Virus record (IMG/VR): IMGVR_UViG_3300047316_000726
Location: 6,949-70,948 of that record
Strand: one strand, 5' to 3'
DNA length: 64,000 bases
Origin: a virus
In this document: in pieces, positions 63,788 through 64,000 of the stretch
Layout of the letters: the number at the start of each line of letters is the position of its first letter
Numbering within the stretch: position 1 is the stretch's first letter
The notes under the pieces: generated by a model
Seen by the model: only the letters and a program-made list of their open reading frames with translations
What the model was told of the DNA's origin: nothing
Database searches by the model: none
Position numbers and translations under genes: made by a program

Positions 63788-64000
63788 GAGCCACCACCGG
63801 CTGTGGTGTGCCCACTGTCCGCACTTGGCGGCACTGGGATGGTGCGAATTCCACAGTGGACGTCCTCTTCTAACGGTGGTGCAGGACCGGGGTTCACTCG
63901 GTCCCGGATGTCGCAGGGCGCCAGCAGCACCAACCACAGCGGCGTTCATGCGGCGGCCTGCTTCGAGCCACGCTGAGCCGCCGCTGCGCTGCACAGACCG

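Larger units (their letters stand above)
4371..64000 (-). mobile_element. Temperate siphovirus-like phage (prophage or phage-plasmid), continuing past the right edge
   Basis: Canonical order of replication, early genes, terminase, portal, protease, capsid, tail, tape measure and lysis; no att site identified. Confidence 0.9.

Noticed and set aside
63788-63994. N-terminal extension of the initiator from the ATG at 63994
   Set aside because: Low-complexity sequence; the wHTH-like region starts near GTG 63787.

Overview
High-GC actinomycete DNA. Most of the window (about 4.4-64 kb, nearly all on the - strand) is a siphovirus-type temperate phage. In transcription order it runs: iteron-containing replication initiator (62.7-63.8 kb); a long early/accessory operon (ECF sigma, LuxR, two XRE regulators, WhiB, RNase H-like protein, XerC/D-like recombinase with a dif-like site); a late regulator; tRNA-Leu(CAA); a cassette of virion-like genes between two HGG-motif paralogues; terminase; portal-MuF fusion; an IS630 inserted in the portal stop codon; protease/scaffold; capsid; tail; lysis. 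The left 4.3 kb (+ strand) is an actinomycete plasmid/AICE-type transfer module (TraB/FtsK-like translocase, lytic transglycosylase, degenerate DUF1524-like lipoprotein, membrane hydrolase) that converges on the lysis genes across one terminator. The best leads are a probable -1 frameshift signal at the portal/MuF junction, a possible conjugative phage-plasmid hybrid, two long helix-rich non-coding regions, and a 630-aa basic 18-mer repeat protein. All family assignments come from motif recognition by eye; no searches were run, and many start codons are estimates.
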